The notes under the pieces are model-generated. The model was not told where the DNA came from and did no database searches. It saw only the letters and a list, made by a program, of their open reading frames with translations. A program made the position numbers and the translations under genes. Shown here piece after piece: positions 17,370-27,200 of a stretch of 64,000 nucleotides of DNA (its first letter is position 1; each line of letters opens with the position of its first letter). The DNA lies in assembly GCA_964605525.1 (NCBI GenBank), contig CAZSCV010000003.1, positions 4,227 to 68,226 of the forward strand, in the 5' to 3' direction. The stretch comes from an uncultured Bdellovibrionales bacterium. GTDB lineage: Bacteria > Patescibacteriota > Minisyncoccia > Moranbacterales > UBA9337.

Positions 17370-18824
17370 ATGACAGTTAGAAATATATCTTGTTTTTGTG
17401 AGAAAAAAACAAAAATAGTCGCTACGATTGGACCAGTTTCGGAAAGCAAGGAAATGCTGGAGAAAATGATAAAAACAGGAATGAATGTTGCCAGGCTTAA
17501 TTTTTCTCACGGAGCGCACCAATGGCACAAAAAAACCATTAATAACATCCGTCAGGTTTCAGATAAATTAGGAGCAAATATTGGCATTATGGCTGATCTG
17601 CAAGGTCCTCGCATCAGAATTGCTACGTCTGGCGATGTGATTGCCAGAAAAGGAAAAGAACTTTTGGTAAGTGATGTCCGTTATCGGAAGAGTGTTTCAA
17701 ATATGTCGGCAGATATTTTTTATTTGGATTATCCGGGGATTATTGATTGTATTAAGGAGGGAGATACAATCATGATTGAAGATGGATTGATAAAATTGGA
17801 AGTTTCCAAAAAAAGTTCGAATTTTCTTCGAACAAGAGTTATTGATGGCGGTGTGATTCGCAATCATAAGGGAGTAAATCTTCCGGATTCTGATTTGAAT
17901 ATTGGAGTTGTGACAAAAAAAGATATTGATGATCTCAAGATGGCATTGGAAAATGATGTGGATTTTGTGGCACTTTCTTTTGTTAGTTGTGCAAAAGACA
18001 TTAACGGACTGAGAAAAAGAATGGAGCGTATTTTGGGGAGAAAAAATGACCTGCCTCAGATTGTAGCAAAGATTGAGCGAAAAGAAGCCATTAATAACCT
18101 AGATGAAATAATTGAAAGTACTGATGTAGTGATGGTGGCACGCGGTGATTTGGGAATTGAAATGGATCAAAGCAAAGTAGTGATATGGCAAAAGGAAATA
18201 ATTAAAAAAAGTTTGAAAAAGGCCAAGCCGGTAATAGTTGCCACGCAAATGCTCAATAGTATGATTGAAAATCCACGTCCGACCAGAGCGGAAGTGAGTG
18301 ATGTTTCCAATGCTGTAATTGACCACGCGGATGCCGTTATGCTTAGCGGAGAATCTGCCAATGGAAAATATCCGGTTGAGAGTGTAAAAATGATGGCGGA
18401 AATTATTCGCAATACCGAAGAATCTCCTTTTGATGACGTGTATAAATATATGGATTTGCATATCAGCAGTGAGTATGCGACAGTGGTTCGCAGCGCTTAT
18501 GAAATTGCCAAAAGTTACAATGTAAAGGCGATTGCAATGATAAGCCTTAGTGGATTTACGGCAAGGCTGGTTTCGCATTTCCGCCCTGATCAAAATATTT
18601 TAGTGGTGACTAATAGAAAAAAAACATTCAATCAATTTTCTTTGGTATGGGGAGTATGCGGTTATCTTTTTGAGGATGATAAAAATTTGGAAGATTTGAT
18701 AGTTAAAATGCTTGATCAAACAAAAAAGGACAAGCGCCTGAAAACAGGGGACAGCGTGGTGGTTATTATCGGTCGGGTTTTAAATGGAGAGAAAATGCGT
18801 TTAGTTGGAATTCGCAAAGCTTGA
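17370..18824 (+). CDS. pyk: Pyruvate kinase
   Basis: TKIVATIGP, RLNFSHG, DLQGP, AKIE, MVARGDLG, ATQML, VMLSGES. Confidence 0.97.
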   Translation: MTVRNISCFCEKKTKIVATIGPVSESKEMLEKMIKTGMNVARLNFSHGAHQWHKKTINNIRQVSDKLGANIGIMADLQGPRIRIATSGDVIARKGKELLVSDVRYRKSVSNMSADIFYLDYPGIIDCIKEGDTIMIEDGLIKLEVSKKSSNFLRTRVIDGGVIRNHKGVNLPDSDLNIGVVTKKDIDDLKMALENDVDFVALSFVSCAKDINGLRKRMERILGRKNDLPQIVAKIERKEAINNLDEIIESTDVVMVARGDLGIEMDQSKVVIWQKEIIKKSLKKAKPVIVATQMLNSMIENPRPTRAEVSDVSNAVIDHADAVMLSGESANGKYPVESVKMMAEIIRNTEESPFDDVYKYMDLHISSEYATVVRSAYEIAKSYNVKAIAMISLSGFTARLVSHFRPDQNILVVTNRKKTFNQFSLVWGVCGYLFEDDKNLEDLIVKMLDQTKKDKRLKTGDSVVVIIGRVLNGEKMRLVGIRKA

Positions 18825-18848
18825 CTTTTGGCTCAAAATAAGTATTAT
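18821..18848 (+). promoter_or_regulatory. Probable sigma70 promoter upstream of tRNA-Ser fragment
   Basis: TTGACT-16-TATTAT. Confidence 0.5.
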
Positions 18849-18864
18849 TAGTCTGTTGTTGTTT

Positions 18865-18935
18865 GGAGAGTTCGCATAGCGGTCTAGTGCGCACGCTTGT
18901 CCGCCCAAGGCGGATGCGCCCTGGGCGCAGAAAGC
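18865..18935 (+). pseudogene. Duplicated tRNA-Ser 5' half (nt 1-41) interrupted in the anticodon
   Basis: 18865-18899 identical to 19313-19347; after the 30-bp insert, GAAAGC continues the tRNA. Confidence 0.93.
18900..18929 (+). repeat. 30-bp double-hairpin element, copy 6
   Basis: TCCGCC-CAA-GGCGGA TGCGCC-CTG-GGCGCA. Confidence 0.93.
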
Positions 18936-18942
18936 TTATATT

Positions 18943-19227
18943 ATGTATTACGTGTATATTCTATATAGTGAAAAACTTAAAAAGAGATATATTGGATATT
19001 GCAGTGATTTAGGGAGGCGAATAAAAGATCACAATGAAAGAAGGGTAGTTTTTACATCAAGAGGTGTTCCGTGGAAAATAATTTATTATGAGGTTTTTGG
19101 AAGTAAGAGTGATGCACAAAGGGAAGAAAAATTTCTAAAAACAGGAAAAGGCAGGGATAGAATTAAATTTTTATTGGAGGATACGATGAAGAAAATAAAT
19201 GGAAGAATTCTAGGATCATCTGAATAA
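18943..19227 (+). CDS. Small GIY-YIG nuclease
   Basis: YYVYIL, YIGY, RRIKDHN, YYE, A..REKFLKTGKGR. Confidence 0.92.
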   Translation: MYYVYILYSEKLKKRYIGYCSDLGRRIKDHNERRVVFTSRGVPWKIIYYEVFGSKSDAQREEKFLKTGKGRDRIKFLLEDTMKKINGRILGSSE

Positions 19228-19312
19228 AAATAGTAAGGCATCCGAAGTCCGCTTTGGGTGGAAAAGTTTCCTGTGCATAGAAAATTAAAATTGTAAAATT
19301 ATTTTATATTTT

Positions 19313-19400
19313 GGAGAGTTCGCATAGCGGTCTAGTGCGCACGCTTGGAAAGCGTGTGTGTCGAAAGGCACCGAGGGTTCAAATCCCTCACTCTCCGCCA
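19313..19400 (+). tRNA. tRNA-Ser(GGA)
   Basis: GGAGAGT/ACTCTCC acceptor stem, CACGC-TTGGAAA-GCGTG anticodon arm, long variable arm, TTCAAAT T loop, CCA. Confidence 0.97.
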
Positions 19401-19608
19401 ATTAAATAAAAGAAGCGAGTTATGTGAAAATCGTACAATTGAAGTTTGTGGCTATATACTACGGATGTATAAGCACAGAGGCGCTATTGCTGGAAAGGGA
19501 ACAAAAAACCAGAAAGAAAGTGATAAATAAAAATTTTTTAAGGTTCTCAATAAACTAAAGAAATTGAAAGGATAATTTTTTGGATAATTTTTATAAACAA
19601 AATCCAAT

Positions 19609-20289
19609 ATGAAAGAAGGTTATTTTTTGAAACCAATAGAAAAAAATGAGAAAAAAAAAGAGATTTGGAATGATGCTATTATTCAGATTGATAAAATTAC
19701 TGATAGGCTCGGCAAGCCGATAGATGCAGGGATAAAGGATGCAGTTGTTGCTTTTATTGTAAGCGGATTTCCTGTTAATGGATCATGTGAGGGTCATTTA
19801 GAAGAACGTTTTGGTGAAAAAGTAAAACTTAGACCGTACGTTATGATTGGTTTTGATGAGCCCGAACAAAGATTTGTTAATGAATTAGAAATAAAAAAAC
19901 ATATTGCTAAAAAGTATAATATTAAGAAGGTAGGCGCTTTGGAGGAAAATGATATTGCTCAACAGGAGTACTGGCGTTTTCTTTCAGAAAAAGACATTCC
20001 AGAAACTCCTGAATATTCAGAACATGTAAAAAAGAATGAAAGTTTACAGGAAGAACTGAGAAAAATTTTAGAAGTATTTTATCGAAACAGAGAAATTTCA
20101 AGAGATAGGAGGCTTATTATTGAAGAAATTGGTCCAGCTGGTGATTTTAAATTGACCACTTTAATGGAAAATCCCAAAGAAATACAAGAAAATGAAGTGG
20201 AAAAATATAAAAAACAATCAAGAGAAGAACAGAATGAGATGAAAGATTTTACTCTGTTTTTAAAAGAAAGATTTTTCAATAAAGAATAA
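19609..20289 (+). CDS. Hypothetical protein
   Basis: 226-aa ORF; D.LG..ID.GI, SCEGH motif. Confidence 0.7.
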   Translation: MKEGYFLKPIEKNEKKKEIWNDAIIQIDKITDRLGKPIDAGIKDAVVAFIVSGFPVNGSCEGHLEERFGEKVKLRPYVMIGFDEPEQRFVNELEIKKHIAKKYNIKKVGALEENDIAQQEYWRFLSEKDIPETPEYSEHVKKNESLQEELRKILEVFYRNREISRDRRLIIEEIGPAGDFKLTTLMENPKEIQENEVEKYKKQSREEQNEMKDFTLFLKERFFNKE

Positions 20290-20297
20290 AAATTATT

Positions 20298-21314
20298 ATG
20301 GAAAAAGGACCAAATTTTAAAATTATTGGCAATGCTTCGGAAAGGGAAAAAGAAAAAATGACGAATGAAGTCAGTAATTCTCTTTTTAGGCATCTAGAAT
20401 CAATGCCGGAAGATAAACGCAAGAGATTGGAAAGAGAAGAATATCAGAAGTCTGAGAAAGAAATTGCAGTTACTGGTTTTGCAAATAGAAAAACTAATCA
20501 ACTTATGCAAGAAGTCGGAGTTATGCCTTACGATATTCCCTTGGAAAATTATCATATTGTTCCATCCGAGCTTTATGCTAACGAATTCGGTGGCGGAGTT
20601 GGAATTTCGTATGCAATGCCACAAGCAGCTGCTTTTAACGCCAAATATTGCAGAAATAATATTGTAGGGTTCGGTTTAAGTGTTTTACATGAAACACTTC
20701 ATCTTAAAGGTCGTTTAGTGATTCGAGCATATGAGGAAGAAGATGGGAAAACGGGAAAGAAACTCTATCGTTCGGGCGTAAGTGTTTTGTCGCCTGAATT
20801 CGAAAAAGATCACGAGCATTTTTTGGGATTGCATGAAGGGATTGTTTCAGAGATAGAAAAAAAATCAGCGAAAGATTTGTTTGGTTTGCCGGAACTTGAA
20901 AAAGAAAAAAAATGGATCGAATCTGACAAAGCAAAAGAACTGAAGAAAAAAATTTCCAATGAGGAAGGGATTTCTGAAGATGATATTATGTGGGTCGATA
21001 TGGAGGGCGGTAACAGTTGGGATATTTATTATACTGAACAAAGAAAAGTGATTGATTATTTGTGCAGTGAGATGTGCAAGCAATTTCCGGAAAAATTTCA
21101 TAACAAAGATGGTGCTTTCAAAATTTTTCTGAAAACACATTTTACGGGCAAGCTTATCGAGATTGCAAAGATTATTGAAGAAACATTCGGGGAGGGAAGT
21201 TTTCGTTTACTTGGCAATATGGATAAAAGCAAAGAAAGTGGAATTTTGCATTTGGAAGCCTTAAAAAAGGCGAGGTTGAGGAAATTGAAAGCAGGCAGTC
21301 CTAATTTATTTTAG
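20298..21314 (+). CDS. Hypothetical protein with HExxH motif
   Basis: LHETLH plus downstream LHEG..E. Confidence 0.65.
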   Translation: MEKGPNFKIIGNASEREKEKMTNEVSNSLFRHLESMPEDKRKRLEREEYQKSEKEIAVTGFANRKTNQLMQEVGVMPYDIPLENYHIVPSELYANEFGGGVGISYAMPQAAAFNAKYCRNNIVGFGLSVLHETLHLKGRLVIRAYEEEDGKTGKKLYRSGVSVLSPEFEKDHEHFLGLHEGIVSEIEKKSAKDLFGLPELEKEKKWIESDKAKELKKKISNEEGISEDDIMWVDMEGGNSWDIYYTEQRKVIDYLCSEMCKQFPEKFHNKDGAFKIFLKTHFTGKLIEIAKIIEETFGEGSFRLLGNMDKSKESGILHLEALKKARLRKLKAGSPNLF

Positions 21315-21320
21315 AAAGTT

Positions 21321-23123
21321 ATGAATTCAAATACTGAAGAAATAAAGGCGCGGATTAATATTGTTGATTTTATTGGAGGATATGTCCGCCTGCAAAAAGC
21401 AGGAAGCAGTTGGAAAGCTTGTTGCCCTTTTCATGGTGAAAAAACTCCTTCATTCGTAGTAAACGATGAAAAGCAATTTTGGCATTGTTTCGGATGTGGA
21501 AAAGGAGGGGATATTTTTACTTTTCTAATGGAAATGGAAGGTTTGGAATTTCGCGAAGCCCTCAAAATTTTGGCGGAAAGAGCCGGTGTTGAAATTTCTC
21601 AATATAACGCGCAAGCAGAGAAGACGAAAAATCGGGGAATGGAAATATTGGAACTCTCGGCCAAATTTTATCAAAAACAGCTTTGGGACGGCTTGGGGAA
21701 AGAAAAAATCCTGAATTATTTGTTCGAAAGGGGACTGCAAGAGAAAACAGTTAATGCTTTTCAATTGGGTTACGCGCCCAACGGATGGAGCAATTTAGCA
21801 GATTTTTTATTAGAGCGGGGATTTTCAATGGAAGAAATTTCACGGACAGGAGTAGTAGTAGAGAAGCAAAACAATGGAACTGTCCGTAAGTATTATGATC
21901 GTTTTCGAGATAGGATCGTGTTTCCTATTACTGATTCAATGGGGAGGATTGTGGGCTTTACGGCGCGTGTCGCTCCAGGAGGAGATGAATCGCAGGCCAA
22001 ATACGTAAATACGCCCGAAACTGATTTTTATCATAAAGGACGGATTCTTTACGGGATTGATAAGGCGAAAAATGCCATAAAAAAAGCAGATCAGGTTATC
22101 TTAGTAGAAGGAAATATGGATGTAATCGCGTCTTTCCAGGCTGGAATAGAAAATGTTATCGCAGTTTCCGGAACAGCGCTTACTCAACAGCAAATAGAAA
22201 TAATCAAGCGGTATACCAAGAATTTATGTTTGTTTTTTGACGCTGATTCGGCCGGAAGGCAAGCGGTTTTCAGGAGTTGCGAGATGGCTTTTGCAAATGA
22301 TTTGAATGTTTCTATTATTATTCCCAAAGAAGGAAAGGATGCGGCGGATGTTGTAAAAAAGAGTCCGGAAGAATTGAAAAAACTGGTGAAGGAGGCTGTT
22401 GGAGCTATGGACTATTTTTTGCAAAATCTTTTTTCCCGGTACGATGTGAATAATATAGCAGAGAAGAAAAAAATCGTTGATGAGGCTGTTTCTCTTATTT
22501 CCAATTTTCCAAAAGAAATCGACAAACAGCATTGGGGGAAAATATTGGCTCAGCGGCTAAATATTGATGAAAAAATAATTTATGATGAAATTTCCAGAAA
22601 AACGAGAGGAAAGAGTCAATATCTAAAAAAAGAAGAAGTGGAGATGAATGAAAAAAAACTTCCCTTTCAGGCGAAAAAGAGAAGTGAAATAATCAGCGAG
22701 AAGATTTTATTTTTGTTTTTAAAAAATGATGAAGTTTGGAGAAAGGCCGAAGAAGAATATCACAATGAAATAGAAATATACTTAGGAGAAAATAATTTTC
22801 TTTCTGATGTTTTGATAATTGGAAAAGAAAATGATTTTAAATTTGACAGGTTTGAATTATCCATAAAAAACGAGGAAATGAGGGAATTTTTGCGGAAATT
22901 AAAATTTTCAGGGGAAGCGGAAACTGAAAGTGAAGAAAAAAGCGGAGAGCAAACATTTGAAAGTGATTGGAAATATTTTCAACAACTCATGGAAGAATTG
23001 AGCAGGGAAAAGAAAAAAGAAAAAATTGATCTTCTAGCGAAGAAAATTGCTGCGGCAGAAAAAAATGGCAGTAAGGAAGAAGTAAAAAGATTAACCCGGG
23101 AATTTTCAGATTTGTTTCGATAA
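21321..23123 (+). CDS. dnaG: DNA primase
   Basis: CPFH-EKTPSF-CFGC zinc finger, YDRFRDRIVFP, KYVNTPET, VEGNMD, FDAD. Confidence 0.97.
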   Translation: MNSNTEEIKARINIVDFIGGYVRLQKAGSSWKACCPFHGEKTPSFVVNDEKQFWHCFGCGKGGDIFTFLMEMEGLEFREALKILAERAGVEISQYNAQAEKTKNRGMEILELSAKFYQKQLWDGLGKEKILNYLFERGLQEKTVNAFQLGYAPNGWSNLADFLLERGFSMEEISRTGVVVEKQNNGTVRKYYDRFRDRIVFPITDSMGRIVGFTARVAPGGDESQAKYVNTPETDFYHKGRILYGIDKAKNAIKKADQVILVEGNMDVIASFQAGIENVIAVSGTALTQQQIEIIKRYTKNLCLFFDADSAGRQAVFRSCEMAFANDLNVSIIIPKEGKDAADVVKKSPEELKKLVKEAVGAMDYFLQNLFSRYDVNNIAEKKKIVDEAVSLISNFPKEIDKQHWGKILAQRLNIDEKIIYDEISRKTRGKSQYLKKEEVEMNEKKLPFQAKKRSEIISEKILFLFLKNDEVWRKAEEEYHNEIEIYLGENNFLSDVLIIGKENDFKFDRFELSIKNEEMREFLRKLKFSGEAETESEEKSGEQTFESDWKYFQQLMEELSREKKKEKIDLLAKKIAAAEKNGSKEEVKRLTREFSDLFR

Positions 23124-23211
23124 ATGAATTGAAACATTGTTTTTGCCGGAGAAGTAGTATAAAATTAGCAGTATGATAATTTTTAGCTTTTAAGTATATT
23201 TTAAATAAGCC

Positions 23212-24573
23212 ATGAATAAGCCAACGAAGAAAAAAAACAGTGTAAAAAAGAAGAGCGGGAAGGTAATTGTGCAAAAAAAGAAAAAAACAGCAAAAGGAAA
23301 GCCTGCTGTTAAAAGCGCCAAGAAAAAGAGCGTTAAAAAATCTGCTCAAAAAAAGCAAAGCGGAAAAAAGAGTGCAAAAAATACCTCCAAGAGTAATTTT
23401 TCCCGGAAATCATCCGCGGAAAAAAAAGGATCTTCTTCGGTAAAAAAAACCTCCAAACATAGTTCGTCAAAAGAAAAGAACGCGGATCTTTTGGAAGAGC
23501 TTGTATCCAGGGGCAAGCAAAGAGGGTTCATAACAGAGGATGAAATAATTCATATTATTCCAGAAATAGAAAAGGATTTGGATGATTTGGAGAATTTATA
23601 TGAAAAACTGGAAACTAATGGAATCCGTGTGGTTGGTTCAAATGAAATGATTAAGATGGAGGTGGATGCGACAGCGGAAAATTTCGAAAAGGAAAAAGCC
23701 AGAAAAGAAAAGAACAGACAGGCGATAGAAGAAGGAGAAGCGAATTCATCTGATTCTGTGCAAATGTATCTGAAAGAAATTGGAAGAGTTCCTTTGCTCA
23801 AATCCGAGGATGAAATTCGATTGGCGAAATTGAATGAAAAAGGGGATTTGGCTGCAAAAAAACAGCTTACTGAGGCGAATTTGCGCTTGGTTGTAAGTAT
23901 TGCAAAAAAATATGTCGGACGTTCCCATAATCTCGGGCTTTTGGATTTAATTCAAGAGGGAAATATCGGACTTTTTCGCGCGGTGGAAAAATTCGATTAT
24001 CGCAAGGGATATAAATTTTCTACCTATGCAACTTGGTGGATCAGGCAAGCCATTACTCGCGCATTAGCTGACCAATCAAGGACGATTCGTATTCCTGTGC
24101 ATATGGTGGAAACTATCAATAAATATATTCAAATAACTCGTCGTCTTGTTCAGGAGTTGGGACGCGAACCTTTGGCAGAAGAGATTGCTGCGGAAATGGA
24201 AATGGAAGTGGATAAAATCAGACATATTCAAAAAATTTCCCAAGAAACCGTTTCCCTTGAAACATCGGTCGGAGATAGTGATGATGAAAGTGTGCTGGGA
24301 GATTTTATTGAGGATACTGAAACTATTATGCCCCATCAGGCAGCATCAAGAAAATTACTCACAAGCCATGTAATTGAAGTGCTTAGCGAACTTACGCCCA
24401 GGGAGCAGAAAATTCTTAAGATCCGTTTTGGACTGGAAGATGGAGTGACTCATACATTGGAAGAAGTGGGGCAGGAATTTGGAGTAACCCGGGAACGCAT
24501 CCGCCAAATTGAAGCCAAAGCTTTGGAAAAAATTCGAGATCATAAAGGAATAAGCAAATTGAAAGATTACTAG
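23212..24573 (+). CDS. rpoD: RNA polymerase primary sigma factor with Lys/Ser-rich N-terminal tail
   Basis: [51 protein letters not shown]. Confidence 0.97.
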   Translation: MNKPTKKKNSVKKKSGKVIVQKKKKTAKGKPAVKSAKKKSVKKSAQKKQSGKKSAKNTSKSNFSRKSSAEKKGSSSVKKTSKHSSSKEKNADLLEELVSRGKQRGFITEDEIIHIIPEIEKDLDDLENLYEKLETNGIRVVGSNEMIKMEVDATAENFEKEKARKEKNRQAIEEGEANSSDSVQMYLKEIGRVPLLKSEDEIRLAKLNEKGDLAAKKQLTEANLRLVVSIAKKYVGRSHNLGLLDLIQEGNIGLFRAVEKFDYRKGYKFSTYATWWIRQAITRALADQSRTIRIPVHMVETINKYIQITRRLVQELGREPLAEEIAAEMEMEVDKIRHIQKISQETVSLETSVGDSDDESVLGDFIEDTETIMPHQAASRKLLTSHVIEVLSELTPREQKILKIRFGLEDGVTHTLEEVGQEFGVTRERIRQIEAKALEKIRDHKGISKLKDY

Positions 24574-24583
24574 AAAACAGTAC

Positions 24584-24625
24584 AAAAAAACAGCCTTTTA
24601 AATTAATACGAAGGCTGTTTTTTTT
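24584..24625. terminator. Bidirectional intrinsic terminator
   Basis: A7-CAGCCTT..AAGGCTG-T8. Confidence 0.75.
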
Positions 24626-24634
24626 ATTTCTAAG

Positions 24635-24898
24635 TTATTTCTTTTCGGATGTTTTTCCAATCATGCAAGAAACATAGGATTGCGCTTTTTTAAGCAAGCT
24701 TTTTGCTTGCCGGCTTTCGGCAGCCGGATAACCTATCTTTTCCAACTTATTTTTTGCTTCATTTAAATTTCCTTCAAAGGAAACCTCTTGATTGGCAATG
24801 TCAACATTTACATTGGAAATTCCGGAACTTTCCAGGGATTTTTTTATTTGCGCCGCGCATCCTGAGCATTTTATATTTACAACTTTTATTGTCTGCAT
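24635..24898 (-). CDS. Heavy-metal-associated (HMA) domain protein
   Basis: NIKCSGC, IGYP, SYVSCMIG. Confidence 0.85.
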   Translation of the reverse strand: MQTIKVVNIKCSGCAAQIKKSLESSGISNVNVDIANQEVSFEGNLNEAKNKLEKIGYPAAESRQAKSLLKKAQSYVSCMIGKTSEKK

Positions 24899-24943
24899 AT
24901 TTTTAAAATTTATTTATTTATCACACATTTTAACATTAATACC

Positions 24944-25645
24944 TTAATTCCAATAATTTATTTTAATGTCGTCCTCATCGATTGTTACGAATGCGGCGGG
25001 AATGTCCGTCCAGCATCCGCAGTTATAATACTTAATATCCCCATCCTCTCTTTGCATCGCTTTGTGAGTGTGTCCGCAAAAGATATAATCGGCGCGGATA
25101 AGTTTCGCGTATAGCAGCGCCCGCGTGGCGACTTTTTCCGAAAGGCGGAGCCAGCCTTTGCTTTTTTCTTTAATATACCGGCTTACTCTGCGGTCTTGGA
25201 AATCTATTATTTGAATAAAATTGTATATTTGATTTGCCACGATGCTGATAACGGCATTGTCCACTAAGAAATTATCAAATTGATGTCCGTGAATAGCGAA
25301 ATATTTTTTACCTTTATGTTTCCAATGATAGGTTTTATGAACCTTTACTCCTGTAAGTACGGTAAATATTTGTGTTAGTCCGCTATCGTGGTTTCCCTCA
25401 ATCCATACTACTTTTTTGCTTTCTGAAATTTTACTAATCAAGGAAAGGAATTCCCAGTCTTGTTTCCTTAAATGGTTAAAATTGAGATTTTCAAAAATAT
25501 CCCCTAATAAAATGAGTCTTTCAAACTCAATGCTTTTTAGTAATTGAGCAGCTTCTTGGCTACGGCTTACTTTTGATCCCAGGTGAAAATCAGAAACCAG
25601 TAATGTGTGGGTTTTTTTCTTTGGAATTTCTTCTTCCGTGTTCAT
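24944..25645 (-). CDS. Calcineurin-like metallophosphoesterase (LpxH-like family)
   Basis: SDFHLG, LGDI, GNHD, HGH, GHTH. Confidence 0.88.
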   Translation of the reverse strand: MNTEEEIPKKKTHTLLVSDFHLGSKVSRSQEAAQLLKSIEFERLILLGDIFENLNFNHLRKQDWEFLSLISKISESKKVVWIEGNHDSGLTQIFTVLTGVKVHKTYHWKHKGKKYFAIHGHQFDNFLVDNAVISIVANQIYNFIQIIDFQDRRVSRYIKEKSKGWLRLSEKVATRALLYAKLIRADYIFCGHTHKAMQREDGDIKYYNCGCWTDIPAAFVTIDEDDIKINYWN

Positions 25646-25703
25646 ATTTTTTTTATTTAGACTTGCTTATTATTCAAATTATACCATTAAACTGAACTTT
25701 CTT

Positions 25704-26975
25704 TTATTGAAACATTAAATTGTATTTTTCTTTTACTTTTTCAAATTCCGGCATTTTATCTGCACTTAGCGGGTCGCCCTTAGGAAGATTCATTGCGAGC
25801 GGATTAATTGGCGTGCCGTTTAATTTTATTCCATAATCAAGATGCGGACCGGTTGACCAGCCGGTAGAGCCGACATAGCCGATTACTTGCCCTTGGGAAA
25901 CTTGCATTCCGGATTTTATCCCTTTGCCAAAAGAGCTGAGATGTCCGTAATGAGTGGTATATCCATTGGAATGGCGAAGGCGGACGATATTTCCCCAACC
26001 GCCTTCCCAGCCAGCGCTTACAATATCCCCGCGGGCGGTAGCTACGACAGGAGTTCCGGTGGGGGCCGCATAATCGATTTGATAGTGGGCACTGACGGTT
26101 TTTGTAATTGGATTGAGGCGGGCTCCGGTATACCCGGATGTTATTTGACGATAACTGAGCGGAGCGCGCAAAAATTGGCGAACTAGAAAATGTCCTTCGC
26201 TGTCATAATGTCCATCCTCATCTCCATTATCGAAATAATAGCCATAATAATCATTCCCGGTATTGGTGAATTTGGCAGCTAAAACTTTTCCATCCGGAGC
26301 TTGTTTTCCATCTCTGGTTCTTTTTTCATAAATAACCGTGAAGCTGTCTCCTTGTCGTATTTCAGTTGTGAAGTCTATATCAAAAGAAAAAATATCCGCA
26401 ATTTCCAAAATTGTAGCTTCGGAAATTCCAGCATTCATCGCATCGATATAAAGAAAGTTATCAATATTAACGCTGATGTTTTCAGTGGAAACTTCATAGG
26501 GAATGGATTCTTTTTTTACGGAAAATTTTTCTCCTTCCCGGTAAATAACGATCATCGTTTCTGTGTCGTGGTCGTATTCCATTCGTACAGCTTTTTCATC
26601 TGCGTCAAAATAAAAGCGGATATCGCGTCCGATTTTCAAATTGGAAAAGTCATAGGTGTCCATTGCTACTGAAAGAATTTTTTCGGTGTCATTGGCATTA
26701 AATTTTCCATGTTCAGAAAATACTTCAGCCGGAATGTCTCCTTCCGAGATGATGTGGCTGTCGACGCGCTGAGATTTTTTTTCCGGCTGGGTATTTTCCT
26801 TGAGAGCAAGTTCCGGCTCTTTTTCAAGGACAATTTCTTTTGAGGATGAAAATTTGTTAAAAATAAAATAAAAAACAAGCGCAATGATTATCAAATAAAT
26901 GATTTTCAATTTGCGTTTTTTCTTTTCTTCCGGTTCTGTTGATTGGTATATGTTTCTGTTGGTGTATATATCCAT
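25704..26975 (-). CDS. M23 peptidase (MepM-like)
   Basis: TM anchor; H...DYAAP.GTP, YGHL, STGPHL; start at MDIY inferred. Confidence 0.9.
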   Translation of the reverse strand: MDIYTNRNIYQSTEPEEKKKRKLKIIYLIIIALVFYFIFNKFSSSKEIVLEKEPELALKENTQPEKKSQRVDSHIISEGDIPAEVFSEHGKFNANDTEKILSVAMDTYDFSNLKIGRDIRFYFDADEKAVRMEYDHDTETMIVIYREGEKFSVKKESIPYEVSTENISVNIDNFLYIDAMNAGISEATILEIADIFSFDIDFTTEIRQGDSFTVIYEKRTRDGKQAPDGKVLAAKFTNTGNDYYGYYFDNGDEDGHYDSEGHFLVRQFLRAPLSYRQITSGYTGARLNPITKTVSAHYQIDYAAPTGTPVVATARGDIVSAGWEGGWGNIVRLRHSNGYTTHYGHLSSFGKGIKSGMQVSQGQVIGYVGSTGWSTGPHLDYGIKLNGTPINPLAMNLPKGDPLSADKMPEFEKVKEKYNLMFQ

Positions 26976-27200
26976 CAAATAATCAAAATCATAAGGACTT
27001 AATAAGTAAATACGCAGGAAATTGCTTCTATCGTTCATTTTCCCATTTTTTCCCAAAAGTGGCAATGCTTGCAGAGGTGAATTCGGGAAAGAGAACGCGA
27101 CCTTGACAAAAGAAACAAGGAGTGATATACTTAATTTTTATGTGGATACTTCTTGCGGTATTTCAGCATAAAACATTTAATTTTTTTATGTTGAAATATT

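Noticed and set aside
18900-19347. GIY-YIG segment as a group I intron in tRNA-Ser
   Set aside because: No group I core motifs seen, and a complete uninterrupted tRNA lies downstream
19345-19530. 61-aa ORF
   Set aside because: Overlaps tRNA-Ser, TTG start, no recognisable motif
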